From the human T2T-CHM13v2.0 reference genome, Homo sapiens, in the NCBI RefSeq assembly GCF_009914755.1, contig NC_060928.1: a stretch of DNA of 64,000 bases. The stretch is one strand, 5' to 3'. The position numbers were made by a program, and so were the translations under genes. Positions 1-14,084 of this stretch are shown here, one piece after another; within the stretch, counting starts at the first letter, position 1; every line of letters begins with the position of its first letter. The notes under the pieces are model-generated. The model was given only the letters and a program-made list of their open reading frames with translations. It did not search any database and was not told the DNA's origin.

Positions 1-1400
1 TCAAGAAGTTACATAATACAAAGAACCAATACAATGCATGTCATTTCATATACATTCAATATGTGTTAACTATTCAAAAATTATCTTTATTTTTCAACAC
101 CAGAATGAGTTTATTAAAATTAATATTAAAAACATAATAGTAAATATTAAAATTATTTAATTTTTGTTAATGTAACTATTAATAAAATAGCATAACTAAA
201 ATTATTGTGTGTACTGAAATAATTTAAAAACAACAAATTTCTGGTTTCAGACATTTTGGCTGTTAAACAGAAATATTCCAATTTATCTCTTTCAAGCCCG
301 TTATTTTATAATTATTTCAAATGAGACAAAAGCAACCACAACCACAATAACAAAGAATATGGTCACTTTTATACTAGTATCTTATTTTTTTCAATTGTTT
401 TAAACAGGTAAATTTGAAAGGCGTAGTGGTTTACAATTCATCAGTGATGGGATTAAAAATATTAACATCATAATTATTTCCTTATAATTAAATAGAAGAG
501 GAACTAGTGATTGATTATGTCATGCCAATTTACTGAAAATAAAGCATTTTGGAAGAGTTTTAAAAACAATAAAAAAATTGAGTAACTAATGTGAGATGAT
601 TGACACATGCTTACCTGCTTCATTATAGCAACCTTTTCACTACATATTTGCATCTGATGATAGCATCTCGTATACATTATATATACCAAATAAAATTTAT
701 CCAGAAAAATAACATTTGATGAGCTCTCATGCTGAAAGACTGGCATAAACATGGTGAAAACTAGACAGTACTCTAATAATATTTATGTTTCCCTGCTTCA
801 ACTTTGTTCTCAGTCTTCTTTATAATGTGTTGTTACCATCTTCAGCAATTCCTATTTCATTTTTGACTATTTTAAAACTTATGCACTAGCCTAGAACCTC
901 TGATAAACATTTCCACTAAAACCACCAAAGTGAAGTATAGGCGACACTCCAGTATGAAGTGTGTTACCATTTCATGATAAAGACTGGGGATTTTTTCCCA
1001 TATAAAATGCTGTCACTGGAAATAAAAGACAGGCTGTTATTTTTCAGTTGCAACTGAAATATCCCTACATAAGGAGAAAGGGTGTTTGTAATGATTGAAT
1101 TAGGAGACAGACAACCTAGAAAATTATTGAACTTTTATTGTTTAAGAGGTAACTACAGTTGAAATAGAAATAAAGATAATTTGTTCTAGCCATAAAGAAC
1201 GTAACTGTGTATAAAAAAAATGGTAACTGTTGTAATTAATTGTATTTTTCCCCCAGGACTGGAACATAAATATAAACATGCTAGATTTTATTTTTGAGTT
1301 TTTAAATAATAAATGGTGAATCTGTTTTTTTTCTGTTGAAGTATTTTCATCATGATTGGCTGTTAGCCATGTTTTCAATCTTTGTTCTTCAGAGTCTCAC

Positions 1401-1483
1401 CAAGGCCATTCTGGACTACCCACTATACAGCGAAGTATTGATACTAAGGTATCTGATTTCCTGTCATCAAATTTCCATGTGAT
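1401..1483 (-). pseudogene. Degenerate UGT2 exon 4 remnant
   Basis: Minus strand reads ATC ACA TGG AAA TTT GAT GAC AGG AAA TCA GAT ACC TTA ... CAG AAT GGC CTT G|GTGAGACTCT (ITWKFDDRKSDTL..INTSLY..WVVQNGL), alignable to UGT2B exon 4 [29 protein letters not shown]. Frameshifted; GT donor kept; acceptor reads TG. Confidence 0.85.
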
Positions 1484-2589
1484 CATTTATATAAAGAAAA
1501 TACTTTGTTCTGAGTCAAATTCAAATTAAACCATATTTGTTAGAATTCTAAAAAGACTGAGAACCCTACTAAATGCCTTCTATATAGCAGACAAAGAAAA
1601 CAGAATAGGACAGGTTAATTAATGAGAACTACTAGAAGACTGAAGTAAGCAGAACAACTATATTTCCTGGACTTATTTTTACATTAGATCAGTTTAAATG
1701 CAATCATAATATTTCATACATAGTGACTTAAACAATTGAGATAATAAATGAAAAATTCAAGTATTTAATTGTTAGACAGTCATAATTCTGGTGTGAAGAA
1801 GAGTAACAAATTAATAATGGTCCACACTTTTTAAATTAATGTTTGTACTATACTCACTCTCTTCTTCCAAATTTATTATTAAGCTTTTTTATTTTTAAAA
1901 CAATGAAATGGGAGACAGTTTACTTATATCCACTTGTTCCATAGTTACAGTCTGACATCTTTTGATTTACAAACAAAGCAAATCTATGTAATCCTCTCTG
2001 TATGAGAAATAAATTAATTCTGCTTAGGAATTACATATAAAGATAAAAAATTTCAAGTGGCATTTTTCATGTATATCCATAATATTATTACATTTGTTAG
2101 CATGGACATTTTTAGATATGAGAAAGAATGATTGGCATCTTATAAATAATAGTGCTGTTGAAAAAAATTCTAAAATGCAATGATGCTAAATTTTATTCAA
2201 AGACTGTTAAATCTTCGATGACATACTCCAAAGCATTGACAGCAGTGTTTAATATGGTTGTCTATAGCTAAGCCATTTGGTAAATGCCTAGTACCATAAT
2301 GAGGTACTGATTTTGGAATTACCAGGAAATCATCATAAACTAGTGCATAATTTACAAATTTTTAAAATTTAGTTTTTATGTGAGTGTTAAAAATAACTTC
2401 AGGTTTGCAGCCAAAAATAGTATAGGTAATTATAAAAAGCTACGTAGAATAAAAAAATAAAGAGTATTTCATAAGTATTCAAAGATCATAGTTGTGTTGT
2501 ACATATTAGAAAGTTAGTTATTATTATATTTTAGGGGTTGGAGCATCTGAACTTCTCTCCTTGCTTGAGTTTTCCTCTCTTTCTTCTTC

Positions 2590-3380
<791 letters not shown>

Positions 3381-3399
3381 TGCTATCAATAATTTAAAT

Positions 3400-3830
3400 G
3401 TTAAAGTAACTTTGCATTGCTGAGATTAATTTCACTTATTTGTGGTATATAATAACTTTTGTATGTTCTTATATTCAGTTTGCTAAGATATTATTGTGGA
3501 ATTTTGTGTCTATAATTACAAGAGCTGTTGATCTGTAGTTTTCATTTTTTGTGATGTGTTTTTTGTGGTTTTAGTAGAAGGGGTCAATGAAATATGTTGG
3601 TAGTGTTTTCTCCTCTTCTGTTATTAGGAGGATTGTTTTTTGAAGAATTGTTATGTTTTCTTCCTTGAATGATTTGTAGAATTCTAAAACAAAGCCTTCT
3701 TGGCCTGGGCTTTTTTTTTGGTGGGTTGTCTTTTGATTAGTAATTCAGTCTTTCCGTTTTTTATGGGTCTATTCAGGTTTTCTATTTCCTCTCCGGTTTA
3801 TTCTATAGTTGTTCTTGTCTGCATCTACCT
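3400..3830 (-). mobile_element. Old L1 (L1M) ORF2 fragment
   Basis: T-rich antisense L1-like text (tagaattc..ccttcttggcctgggc..ggtctattcaggttttctatttc). Confidence 0.6.
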
Positions 3831-4149
3831 GTAGTAAAATTCTGACACGCTGAGTTCGGAGGGGATGAGGGGGCAGTTTTTGTTTGCAAGGTAAGAGGCG
3901 ATCCCTGTTTTTATCAAGTCTTAGGAAATTTACTTGAATAAGTATTGCTTTGCATTGTGCTTTATATTTTTAGAACAATACATGGACAATTAAATTTTTT
4001 ATATTAAAGCAATTTTTAATACTAACAAGGTACTTAAATTTTATCATTTTCACAATCATGATGCTCTATTGGGATATTAAAATTTGATAAGACAATAGAC
4101 TTAATTTAAAAACAAAGGTTTATGATATATTCTCAGTGTACTTGTGTAG

Positions 4150-4551
4150 TGTTAAATCAAGTTCAGCCTAAAGCTACCTCCTACATGTTTTAAGTTTGGC
4201 CTAAAAGTTTCTCTGTACATCATGAACTTTGGCAAGTGGAGGTGTAAACAGACCATAGCCTACACTTGGGCCAGTCGCCACGTTTTGGCCAAATAAATGT
4301 AGCCAGTTATTTGAGCTTTGTTTAAATAAGGTAAGCACTGAGCTTTAACCAATTCAGTTGTTCCTTTACCTCACTTCCACTTTTTGTATGTCACTTTCCT
4401 TTTCTTTCCATAAATCTTATTTCACCACGTGACTGCACTGGAGTCTCAGAGCCTACTCTGACTCAGGAGGCTGCACAATTTGTGAGTTGTCCATTGCTCA
4501 AGAGTTTAAACTCTTTTAAATTTAATTCAGATGAAGTTTGTTTTTTTAATC
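4150..4551 (+). mobile_element. MER57-type solo LTR
   Basis: Begins tgttaaatcaagttcagcctaaagct and ends ...tttttaatca (TG...CA termini, ~400 bp). Confidence 0.7.
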
Positions 4552-4638
4552 AGTGTATTTATCAAGTCAGCTCTGAGTTATCTTTTGTTAACTCTCATAT
4601 TTATATATACACACACACACACCACGCACACACACACA

Positions 4639-6957
4639 CACGTATTCCTTCTGTCATTTTGCTTTGTTTTATTGTGCTTCACAAATATGGACTTTTTTTT
4701 TTACAAGCTGAACCCTTGTGGCAACCCTACATTAAGCAAGTCTACCAATGCTATCTTTCCAATAGCTAACACATGCTAACAATGTGTCACTGTGGCATAT
4801 TTTGGTAAATCTCACAAAGTTTCAAGCATTTTTGTTTTTATTATATCAGTTTTGGTGTCCTGTGGCCGTTGCTTCTTGATATTGCCATTGTAATTTTTTG
4901 AGGGACATCACAAAATGCATGCATATAATATGGTAAACAGAACTGATAAGTGTTGTGTGTATTCTGACTGTTCCACCAACCAGCTGTTTCCCATTTATCT
5001 CTGTCTCCTCAGGCTTCCCTGTTTCCTGAGACACAACAATACTGACGTTAAGCAAATTAATAACCCTACAAATGGCTTCTAAGAGTTCAAAGGAAAGGAA
5101 GGGTCTCATGTCTCTCACTTAAAATCAAACTAGAAATGATTGAGCTTAATGATGAAGGTATGTTTAAAGCTGAGATAGGGCAAAGCCCATACTTGTGCCA
5201 AACATTTAGCCAAATTTTGAATACAAACAAACTGTTAATGAAGGACATTAAAAGTGCTACAACAATATACACAAAGGATAAGAATGTGTAACAGCCTTAT
5301 TGCTTATATGAAGAAAGTTTTAATCTTCTGGATTAAAGATAAAACCAGTGAAGATATTTTCTTCTGCCATATTCTAAACTAGAGCAAGGCTCTAACTCTG
5401 TACAATTCTGAAAAGTGTAAAAAATTTTCAGAAAAAAAGTTTGAATCTAGCAGAAGTTGGTTTATAAGGTTTAAGGAAAGAAGCCATATCCATAAAATAA
5501 AATGCAAGATAAAAGAAGCCTGTGTAAGTTATCCAGAAGATGTAGCTAACATAATTAATGAAGGTGGCTACATTAAACAATAGCTTTTCCATGTGGACAA
5601 AACAGTCTCCTATCGAAAGAAGATACCATCTAAGACTTTCAAAGCTACAGGGAAGTCAATGCCTTGCTTCAAAGTTCCAAAGGATAGGATGACTCTTTCA
5701 TTAGATGCTAATGAAGCTGGTGACTGGAAGTTGAAACCAATGCTGATTTATCACGTGGAAAATCCTAGGGCCCTGAAGAAATATACTAAATCTATTCTGT
5801 ACTCTATCAGTGGTATCAAAAAGCTTGGATGGCAGCATAGCTGTTTACAGCATAATTTACTGAATATTTTAATCCCACTTTTGAGATCTACTGCTTACGA
5901 AAAAATGTTCCCTTCAAAATATTAATGCTCATTGACAATAGGTCTGGTCACTCAAGAAAATGAGATATACAGAGAAATTAATGTTGCTTTCATGCTTGCT
6001 AATATAACATTCATTCTATAGCCCTGGATCAAAAAGTAATTTCAACTTTTAAGTTATTGCATTTAAGAAATACATTTTGTAAGAATATAGCTGCCATTGA
6101 TAGCAATTACTTTGTTGGATATTAGTAAAGTAAATTGAACATTTTATAAAAAAGATTCATCTTCCTAGATGACATTAAGAACATTTGAGAGTCATGGGAA
6201 GAGGTCAAAATATCGACATCACCAGGAGTTTTTAGGATGTTGATTTCAACCATCACGAATAATATTGACAGGGTCAAGACTTCAATGGAGGAAGTAACTA
6301 CAAATGTGGTGAATATTGTAAGTAAAATGTAATTAGAAGTAGAACCTGAAGATATGACTGAATTGCTTCAATTTAATGATGAAACTTGAATAGATGAGGA
6401 GTTGCTTCATATGAATGAACAAAGAAAGGGGTATATTGAGATGAAAAATACTCTTGGTGAAAATGGCTTGAACATTTTTAAAATGAAAACAAAGAATTTA
6501 GAATATTACTTAAACTTATTTAATGAAGCAGCAGTAATGTTTGAGTGGATTGATTGCAGCTTTAAAAGAATCTCTACTAAGGGTAAAAAGCTATTATACA
6601 GCATTATTAAACAGCATGGCATGCTACACAGAAATTTTTCATGAAAGAAAAGATCAATGAATGCAGTAAACATCATTCTTGTCTTATTGAAATTGTGATC
6701 CTCTGCAAGTAAAAAGAGTACAGCTCACACAAGGATCAGATGATTGTTAGCATTTTTCAGCAGTAAAGTATTTTTAATTGAGTTATGTACATTTTTATAC
6801 ATAATGCTATTTCTGACTTAATGGAATACAGACAGTTTAGACATAACTTTTATATGCCATGGAAATCCAAAACAATTGTGTAACTTTCTTCTTTGCAATA
6901 TTTGCTTTATTGCAGTGATCTGAACCCAAACCTGTAATATCTTGAAGGTATGCCTTG
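4639..6957 (+). mobile_element. Tigger1 DNA transposon, near full length, decayed transposase
   Basis: ORF 5593-5925 (DKT...[21 protein letters not shown]...[22 protein letters not shown]) is pogo/Tigger DDE-like; 3' terminus ...aatatcttgaaggtatgcct; ~2.3 kb. Confidence 0.9.
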
Positions 6958-7075
6958 CATTAGTGTAAACACTTAATGTGAGATCTACTCTTTTAAAGAT
7001 ATTTTAAGTGTATAATACATTATTGCTAACTATGGCCACAATATAGTGCAGCAGTTCTCTTAAACTTACTCATCT

Positions 7076-8818
7076 TATTGGGAACTGGAGTAAAAGCCAA
7101 TCATTCTATTCTTTAACAAAGATACTGGCAGTCCCTGCCATAGAGATATTTGGAATTTTGAGCTTGAGAGAGATAATTTAGGGTATCTGGTGGAAGAGAT
7201 TTCAAAACAGCAAAGCATTCAAGATGTGACCTGGCTGTTTCTAACAGCATACAGTCATATGTGTTCAAAAAAAAAGGTCTGAAATTGGAACTTATGTTTA
7301 AAAGGGAATCAGAGCACAAGAGTTTGAAAAATTTGCAGTCTGACCATGTGGTATAAAAGAAAACCCCATTGAAATTCAAGCTGGCTGCCAAAATACATAA
7401 GTAATGAGAAACTGAATGTTAGTAGCCAACACAATGGGAAAAATGTCTCCAGAATATTTCAGAGACCTTCATGGCAGCCACCCTCATCACAGGCCTTTAG
7501 GCCTAGGAGGGAAAAATTGTTTTTTGCTATAGGCCTTGGGCCCAGCTGCTCTGTGAGGCCTCAGGACATTGCTCCCTGCATCCCATCTGCTCTAGCTCCA
7601 GCTGTGGCTACAAGGCATCAAGATACAGCTTGGGCCATGGCTTCAGAGGATGCAAGCCCCATATTTTGTTGTCTTGGATGAGGTGTCAGCCCTCCAGGTT
7701 CACAGAACGCTGAAGTTGAGATTTGGGAACTTCTGCCCAGATTTCAGGGTATGTATGGAAATGCCTGGATGTCCAGGCAGAAGTCTGCTGCAGGGGCAGA
7801 ACCCTCATGGAAAACCTCTACTAGGGAAATACAAAGGGAAATGTGGGGTGGAGTCCCCACACAGTTTCCCCACTGAGGCACTGAGTAGTGTAGCTGTGAG
7901 AAGAAGGCCATCATCTTCCAAAAACCGCAATGGTAGATACACATACAGCTTGCTCTGTGCACCTGGAAAAGCCACAGGCACTCAATGCCAGCCCATGAAA
8001 GCATCCATGGGGGCTGTGCCCTCCTGTGGAGCCACAGGGGTAGAACTGCCAAAGACCACTGAATCCCATCCCTTGCATCAGTGGGAACTGGATGAGAGAA
8101 ATTGAATTATAGGAGATTTTTTGAAGCTTTAAGATTTAATGGCTGCCATATGGGGTTACAGGCTTGCATGGAGCCTGTAGCTCCTTTGTTTTGGCCAATT
8201 TCTCCCATTTGGAATGGGAATATTTACCAAATTCCTGTACCCCACTGTATCTTGGAAGTAACTAACTTGTTTTTTTTTTTTTTAATTTTACAGGCTTATA
8301 GGTAGAGGGTCTTGCCTTGTCTCAGATGTGACTTTTGACTTAGACTTTTGTGTTAATACTGAAATGCGTTAAGACTTTGGTGTACTGTGAAAAGGGATAT
8401 TGTATTTTGAAATGTGAGAATGACATGAGATTTGAGAGAGGCTGAGGTGGGGATAATATGGTTTGGCTTTGTGTCTCACCCAAATTTCACATTGAATTGT
8501 AATCCCCACGTGTCAGGAGAGGGACATGGTAGGAGGTGATTCGATCACAGGGGTGAATTTTCCCCATGCTGTTATCATGATAGTGAGTGAGTTCTCAGTA
8601 GATATAATGGTTTAAAACTGTGGCACTTCTCTCTCTCTCTTTCTCTCTCATGTTGCCATATAGTACATGCTTTGCTTTCTTTTTGCACTCAACCATGATT
8701 ATAAGTTTCCTCAGACCTCCCCAGCCATGAGGAACTATGAGTCAAATAAACCTCTTTTTCTTATAAATTACTGAATCTCAGGTAGTACTTTACAGCAGTG
8801 TGAAAACAGACTAATACA
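7076..8818 (+). mobile_element. MaLR (THE1/MST) internal region plus 3' LTR (LTR ~8455-8818)
   Basis: Internal motifs (gggaactggagtaaa, ctgtgagaagaaggccatcatc, ttgtatcttggaagtaac) followed by an LTR from atatggtttggct... to cagactaataca. Confidence 0.85.
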
Positions 8819-8829
8819 CCATGTTATTT

Positions 8830-9760
8830 TAATTACACTAGCTCTAAATATAATTTGAAATAAGGAAATATGATGACTTCAGCTGTTTCTACATTTTGCA
8901 TATTGTTTTGGCTATTTAGAGTGTTTCCAGGATCATAAATTATAGTTTTTTTTAATAGAATATGTCATTGGGATTGTGATAGGGATTACACCGAATCTGT
9001 AAATCACTTCAGGTTGTATAGATACTTCAACATTATTAAATATTTCAGTCAACATAATATATCTTTCCAAATTAGTGTATTCTTTCCTTTCATTCATCAA
9101 TGTCTTATAGTTTTTAGTACAGAAGTTTTTTTAATTACTTGGTTAAGTTTATTCCTATATATTTTTTATGCTATTATAAATTGGACTGTTTCTTGATAGT
9201 TATTTGTTAGTATACGAATAATAATACAATTTTGTATGTTGATTTTATATCCTGCAAATTTACTGAATTTGTTTTACTTCTAGTAGTATTTTGTAGAGTC
9301 TTTACAGTTTTCCACACATACTATAATGTCATCTGCAAACAGAGGTAATTTTACTTCTTTTCTTATTTAAAAACTTGTTTTATTTTTATTTTTCTTGCTG
9401 ATTTGTTCTAGCTAGGACTTACAGTACTATGTGAAATAGAAGCAGCAGGAGTGAGCATCATTACCCGGTTCTGATATTAGATAAAATTTTTTCAGATTTT
9501 TTAATTGAGTATGAATTTAGCTGTGAGGTTTTCATATGTATCATTCCTCATGTTAAGGTGATTTTCTTATATTTCTAGGGTGTTAAAAGATTTTTTTTTT
9601 TTACTCATAGAAACTGTTGAATTTTTCAAATGCTTTTATTTGCACCTATTGAGATAACAGTTGCTTATTATTCATTATTTTGTTAATGTGGTATATCATA
9701 TTTGTTAATTTTGAACATTATCTTTCATTCTAGGGATAAACTTGTAATGTCTTTTAGGAA
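8830..9760 (-). mobile_element. Old L1 (L1M) ORF2 fragment
   Basis: Antisense L1 motifs: ttttgtatgttgattttatatcctgcaa, atgtcatctgcaaacagag, ctagctaggacttacagtactatg. Confidence 0.8.
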
Positions 9761-9908
9761 AGCAGTGACACTGAGTATGGATGCATAGAAGAAGCCAAAC
9801 AATACTACTGTTCCTGCAATATCAATAGGAAGAATAGGAAGAGTGAGACTTCTTGCCCAATTTAATTATTGAATAGTTTCTTTGGCAACAGTAAAAAAAA
9901 ATAGAAAT

Positions 9909-10002
9909 CTGCTCAAAATGAAGCCAAAGTATTCTGAGCATATGAAAAACAGTACCTGCTCCAAATGAAGCCAAAGTATTCTGAGCATATGAAAAACAGT
10001 AC
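9909..10002. repeat. 47-bp direct tandem duplication (2 copies, 1 mismatch)
   Basis: ctgctc(a/c)aaatgaagccaaagtattctgagcatatgaaaaacagtac at 9909-9955 and 9956-10002. Confidence 0.95.
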
Positions 10003-10130
10003 TGACACTGTAAGTGAACTTCTGAATATAGTAATTTCCATGCACAGTGTGTGAAACATCGTTAAGCTCAGTAAAGTTTTTTGTGTCATTTGTTAATTAG
10101 AATAATAACCTTAAAACCCCACAGGGTTTT

Positions 10131-10145
10131 TTTATTATTTTTATT
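10131..10145 (-). terminator. Two AATAAA polyadenylation signals downstream of exon-6 copy A
   Basis: tttatt at 10131-10136 and 10140-10145, ~210 bp past the ancestral stop. The region is AT-rich, so use is unproven. Confidence 0.5.
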
Positions 10146-10355
10146 TATCCTAGTTTTTAAATATTTGACTTGGAATATTTCCAACTTAAATAGATACTAA
10201 GTCTCTGGAAAAGAAGTTTTTCACTTAACAGGGTCAATTGTGAAATGATGTTTTGTCACAGGGGGAAGGAAATTTTCCATTTCCACCACTTCATGCTGCA
10301 ATAAACTGGACAACTCCTAATTTTTGGTCATTCCAGCTTCAGGCCTTTGATATAA

Positions 10356-10635
10356 CTAATCCTTTTTCTCCTTCTTTCCTGTTTTGACAAACTTTCAGAA
10401 ACAAAACAGGCAATATTTTGTGATGATGAATATCACATTTGCCACACAGGCCAGCAGGAACCCAATCACATCCAAAGAGTGGTACTGAAACCAGGTGAGG
10501 TCACGGGCTGCAACCCGAAGGTGCTTGGCTCCTTTGTGGCGCATGACAAACTCAATCCAGAAGACCGCTTGATCCCGGGGCTTCGTTGGCTGATCATGAT
10601 GAATCCTTGATAATTTCAAAACATTCTCTTCATAG
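10356..10635 (-). pseudogene. Orphan UGT2B terminal exon 6 (copy A) with a premature stop
   Basis: Acceptor TTTATCCTTAG|C, then [91 protein letters not shown]. 280 bp with no frameshift; TGA at 10395-10397 at the position of the Trp codon. No exon 5 was recognised before the LTR nest at 13.4 kb. Confidence 0.95.
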
Positions 10636-10964
10636 CTAAGGATAAACAGAAAAATACCAACATAGAAAGTAATTTTTTTCCTAAATATATCAAGTCTATG
10701 GAAAGTCTTTGAAAAATGTTACACAAATAATTCAAAGTAAATATTATAGAATTGACATAGAAATTGAATGTTTTAAATTGGGTCATCATAGAAAGTTTGG
10801 TTTTAAATTATAATTTTATCATAGGCAAAATTTTTTAAAAGTGAAATGGAGTCAGGTGGGAAAGTTAACATCTTTCTACCAGAGGAAATATGATGAGCCA
10901 CTCTAAGTGCTATAAGTAAGATAATAGAAATGCAATCTGAGAATGATCATTTTGATACACATAG

Positions 10965-11250
10965 TTTTTGAGAGACGGTTGTGCTCTCTTGCTCAGGCTG
11001 GAGTTGTTCCCTTTATCAGGGCTCACAGTAGCCCTGATCTTGTGGGCATAAGCAATCCTGACAACTGAGCTTACTGAGTAGTTGGGACTACGAGCTCAAA
11101 CACTCTGCCTGGCTTATTTTTAAATTTGTTTGTTCTAATGGAATCTCGTTATGTTGCCCAGGCTGGTCTTAAATTCCTGGACTCAAACAGCACTCCTGAT
11201 TCACCTCCCAAAGTGCAGGGACTGCAGGCATGAACCACCGTGTTTGGACT
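10965..11250 (-). mobile_element. AluJ-type SINE
   Basis: Diverged antisense Alu (gctcaggctggag..., tatgttgcccaggctggtctt..., cctcccaaagtgc..caggcatgaaccaccg). Confidence 0.85.
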
Positions 11251-11459
11251 ATTTTGATATTTTAAGAAATAATTGTGTTCAGTGGTTGAAATGCCCTCTA
11301 ACTAATCTCTCTGCTTCTACTCTACTCTTCTGTCTTCTGCTATATTTTCCTTCCAGAAGCCAGAATAATGTTTTTTTTTGAAATTAATGTCAGATTATGA
11401 CACTCCACTGATTAAGATTTCCATCTGGATTCTCATCACATTAAGAAGAGAATCTGTAA

Positions 11460-11700
11460 TGGGAAGACATGAATGAACACATGGAGGGGAACTACACACA
11501 CTGGGACCTAGCAGAGTGTAGAGGGTGATAGGAGGGAGAAGATCAGAAAAAAATAATTTGTGTTTACTAGGCTTAATACCTGGGTGACAAAATAATCTGT
11601 ACAACAAACCCCCAAGAAATAAGTTTGCCTATATAACAACTTGCATTTTTTAACCTGAACATAAAGTAAAAGTTAAATAAAAAATAAAATAAAAAAGAAT
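11460..11700 (+). mobile_element. L1P 3' end with A-rich tail
   Basis: acacatggaggggaactacacacactggg...ggcttaatacctgggtgacaaaataatctgtacaacaaacccc followed by an A-rich tail. Confidence 0.85.
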
Positions 11701-13468
11701 GACATGCTTTTTAATAGAAAAAAAGGGAATAAGATCTGTTTTTGGTCTACAGAACTTGACATGGTCAGGCACTGGCAACTTCTCCTAACACTTTCCCCCT
11801 GCATACTCTCTTCTAGGGACACTGGGCTTCTATTAATCTTGAAGCTCTCAAAGGCATTCTCACCTTAGCCCCTTTACACCTTTTGTCTCCTCTCTCCCTT
11901 TTCAGAGCATTCTGTCTTGCAATAAAATGAGGCTTGCTTCTATCTCTTTTTGAGGCTTCCCCTTAAATGATACTTGTTAGAGAGGCTTTTCCTGGCCACA
12001 CTATATAGTACCTGTAGAATTTTCTCCAGTGTTTCATGCTTATTTTGCTATTTAATTTCTAGAACTTTAAAATATTTTATATATCTTCTAAAATAAAATC
12101 TTAAGTATGAGATACATAAGATAAATATACACACACTAGTGAGTAACTCAAAATTTTAAGATTATGTTAAATATTATCCTGAAATAAAGACACCTACTTC
12201 TTAGGTTCTGGGTTATTAAAACCTGCCTAGAGGAACTCTCTCCTTTTGGACCATTTTAGTCACTGTTTTCATTCTCAATTTAAGTATTAACCTGAATTCT
12301 AATTTAATAAATTAACATTACTTGTTTATATAATTGAATTATATAATATATACTTGTGTCTTTTTTTGTATAGCAGTTATTGGTTAATTACATTGCTGTA
12401 TAGTATTCTGTTGATTGACAAATACCACAGAGTATTTCTTTATTTTATAACTGATGGACACCTGGGTTGTTTACATTTTTGGACATTATTAGTTATTCTG
12501 GTATAAATATATTTATCTATATGTATGTCATTAGTTTTACATATTAATTTCTGTTAGATATATAATTGGGAGAAGAGTTGCTGAGATAAATGTGCATGTA
12601 TAATTACAATATTTTGTTGACTGAATTTTTTAAAAATGTATTTTTAATTTCCAAAGTTTAGAGAATTTTTTAGTTATCATTCTTTGTATGATTTCTAATT
12701 TATTTCTAGTATAGCTAGACCACATACTTTTTATGATTTTGAATCTCAACAAACTAATTGAGTTTTGAGTTTTTGCCCAGCATATGATCAGTTCAGGTCA
12801 CTATTTCCTATACTTTTAAAAAATGTTTATTTCCAGTATACACACATGCACACACACACTATATGTATATGTCTACACATAGAATATAGAATATTTGAAA
12901 ATATTTGAAAGTATAGAATATTTGAAAATCATTCCAGTGAGTAGTGATCACAGAGAAAGGTCAGGGCAGGACATTACAGAAGAAAGTTAGTTTGAAACAG
13001 GGGAACTTAGTTTTAAATAAACAATTATGAGTTTGAATGATAATTTATTGGCAAATAATTCTTCACTCAAGTTTTAAAAGACAGTCACAAGATCAAGCCT
13101 TTCTTTAGCAAGAAATTCTTGCATCTCAACATAGAGTGGTATGTAAAGGTAAGAGTTTAAAAGCAGGGAAAATGATAAAATTGTATATTAGTTACTGAGA
13201 CATGCCAACCTAATGGAATGAAACACAAATTGTTAATAGTAACTGCAAGAAATTAATTTAAAATTTGTATTTACTGATAATATCTGAGGTAGGAAAAAAT
13301 GTACAGGAGAAAAGACATGGTTGTGGTTTCTGTCTTAATAAGCAGAAGGCTGATAATGACATTAGGTAAAATGAGTTTTAAAAAGCTCATCTAGCAAACG
13401 CATAAAGAGCTGATCACTCGGTGTTTTGAGCCCTCATGGAGGTGATAGATGTCTGGAGAGAGAAACTA

Positions 13469-13944
13469 ATGAGAGAAGAAAGAATAAGTAACCAGTTAGG
13501 CAGATAGTTAGGACAGGTTCTTGGTAGAAGTCCTCCCCAAAAAATGACAATGTGGAAGAAATCAAGCTGCAAGCACAGATAAGGAAGCAAAGTCCAAAGC
13601 CCTTGTCTTCTGTGCAACCAGTGAGCTCCGCCTACACACGGTGGCCTTTGGTGAGCACATTCCTTTTCTTTCTGGACACACTCAGGTAAAGGAACTTGCA
13701 CAGGGTGCTTGCCTAAGACAGACCTGTAGCTGTATAGATAAGGAAACTTACACAGAACCAGACACGTCTGCAGTGACACATACGCAATAAGCAAAATAAA
13801 ACAATATGCAGTAACTCAGGCTAAGGACCTGCATGCACACTAGAGAGAAGAGGTGGAGCTAACAAGAATTTGTATGTATGCAAATAAGACATCCAGTCCT
13901 AACCTGTTTTTCGTGCCTTATGTGAATGAAACACTCTGCCCTAT

Positions 13945-13982
<38 letters not shown>

Positions 13983-14036
13983 AAGTCTTTGGATTCAACT
14001 GTGAAATGAATGACAACCCTCTCAAGAACTCCTGGT
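13469..14036 (+). mobile_element. ERV1 LTR (MER50-like) containing a 30-nt poly(T)
   Basis: Starts tgagagaagaaag..aaccagttaggcagatagttagg; has repeated cagataagg/ggaacttgcacagg motifs; subfamily from memory. Confidence 0.6.
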
Positions 14037-14084
14037 AATACCTCAAACAACAAGACTGCTCCAGTGACCCTAGGCTGCTTCGGT

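Noticed and set aside
7650-8305. 151-aa and neighbouring ORFs
   Set aside because: They lie within decayed MaLR internal sequence; not a host gene.
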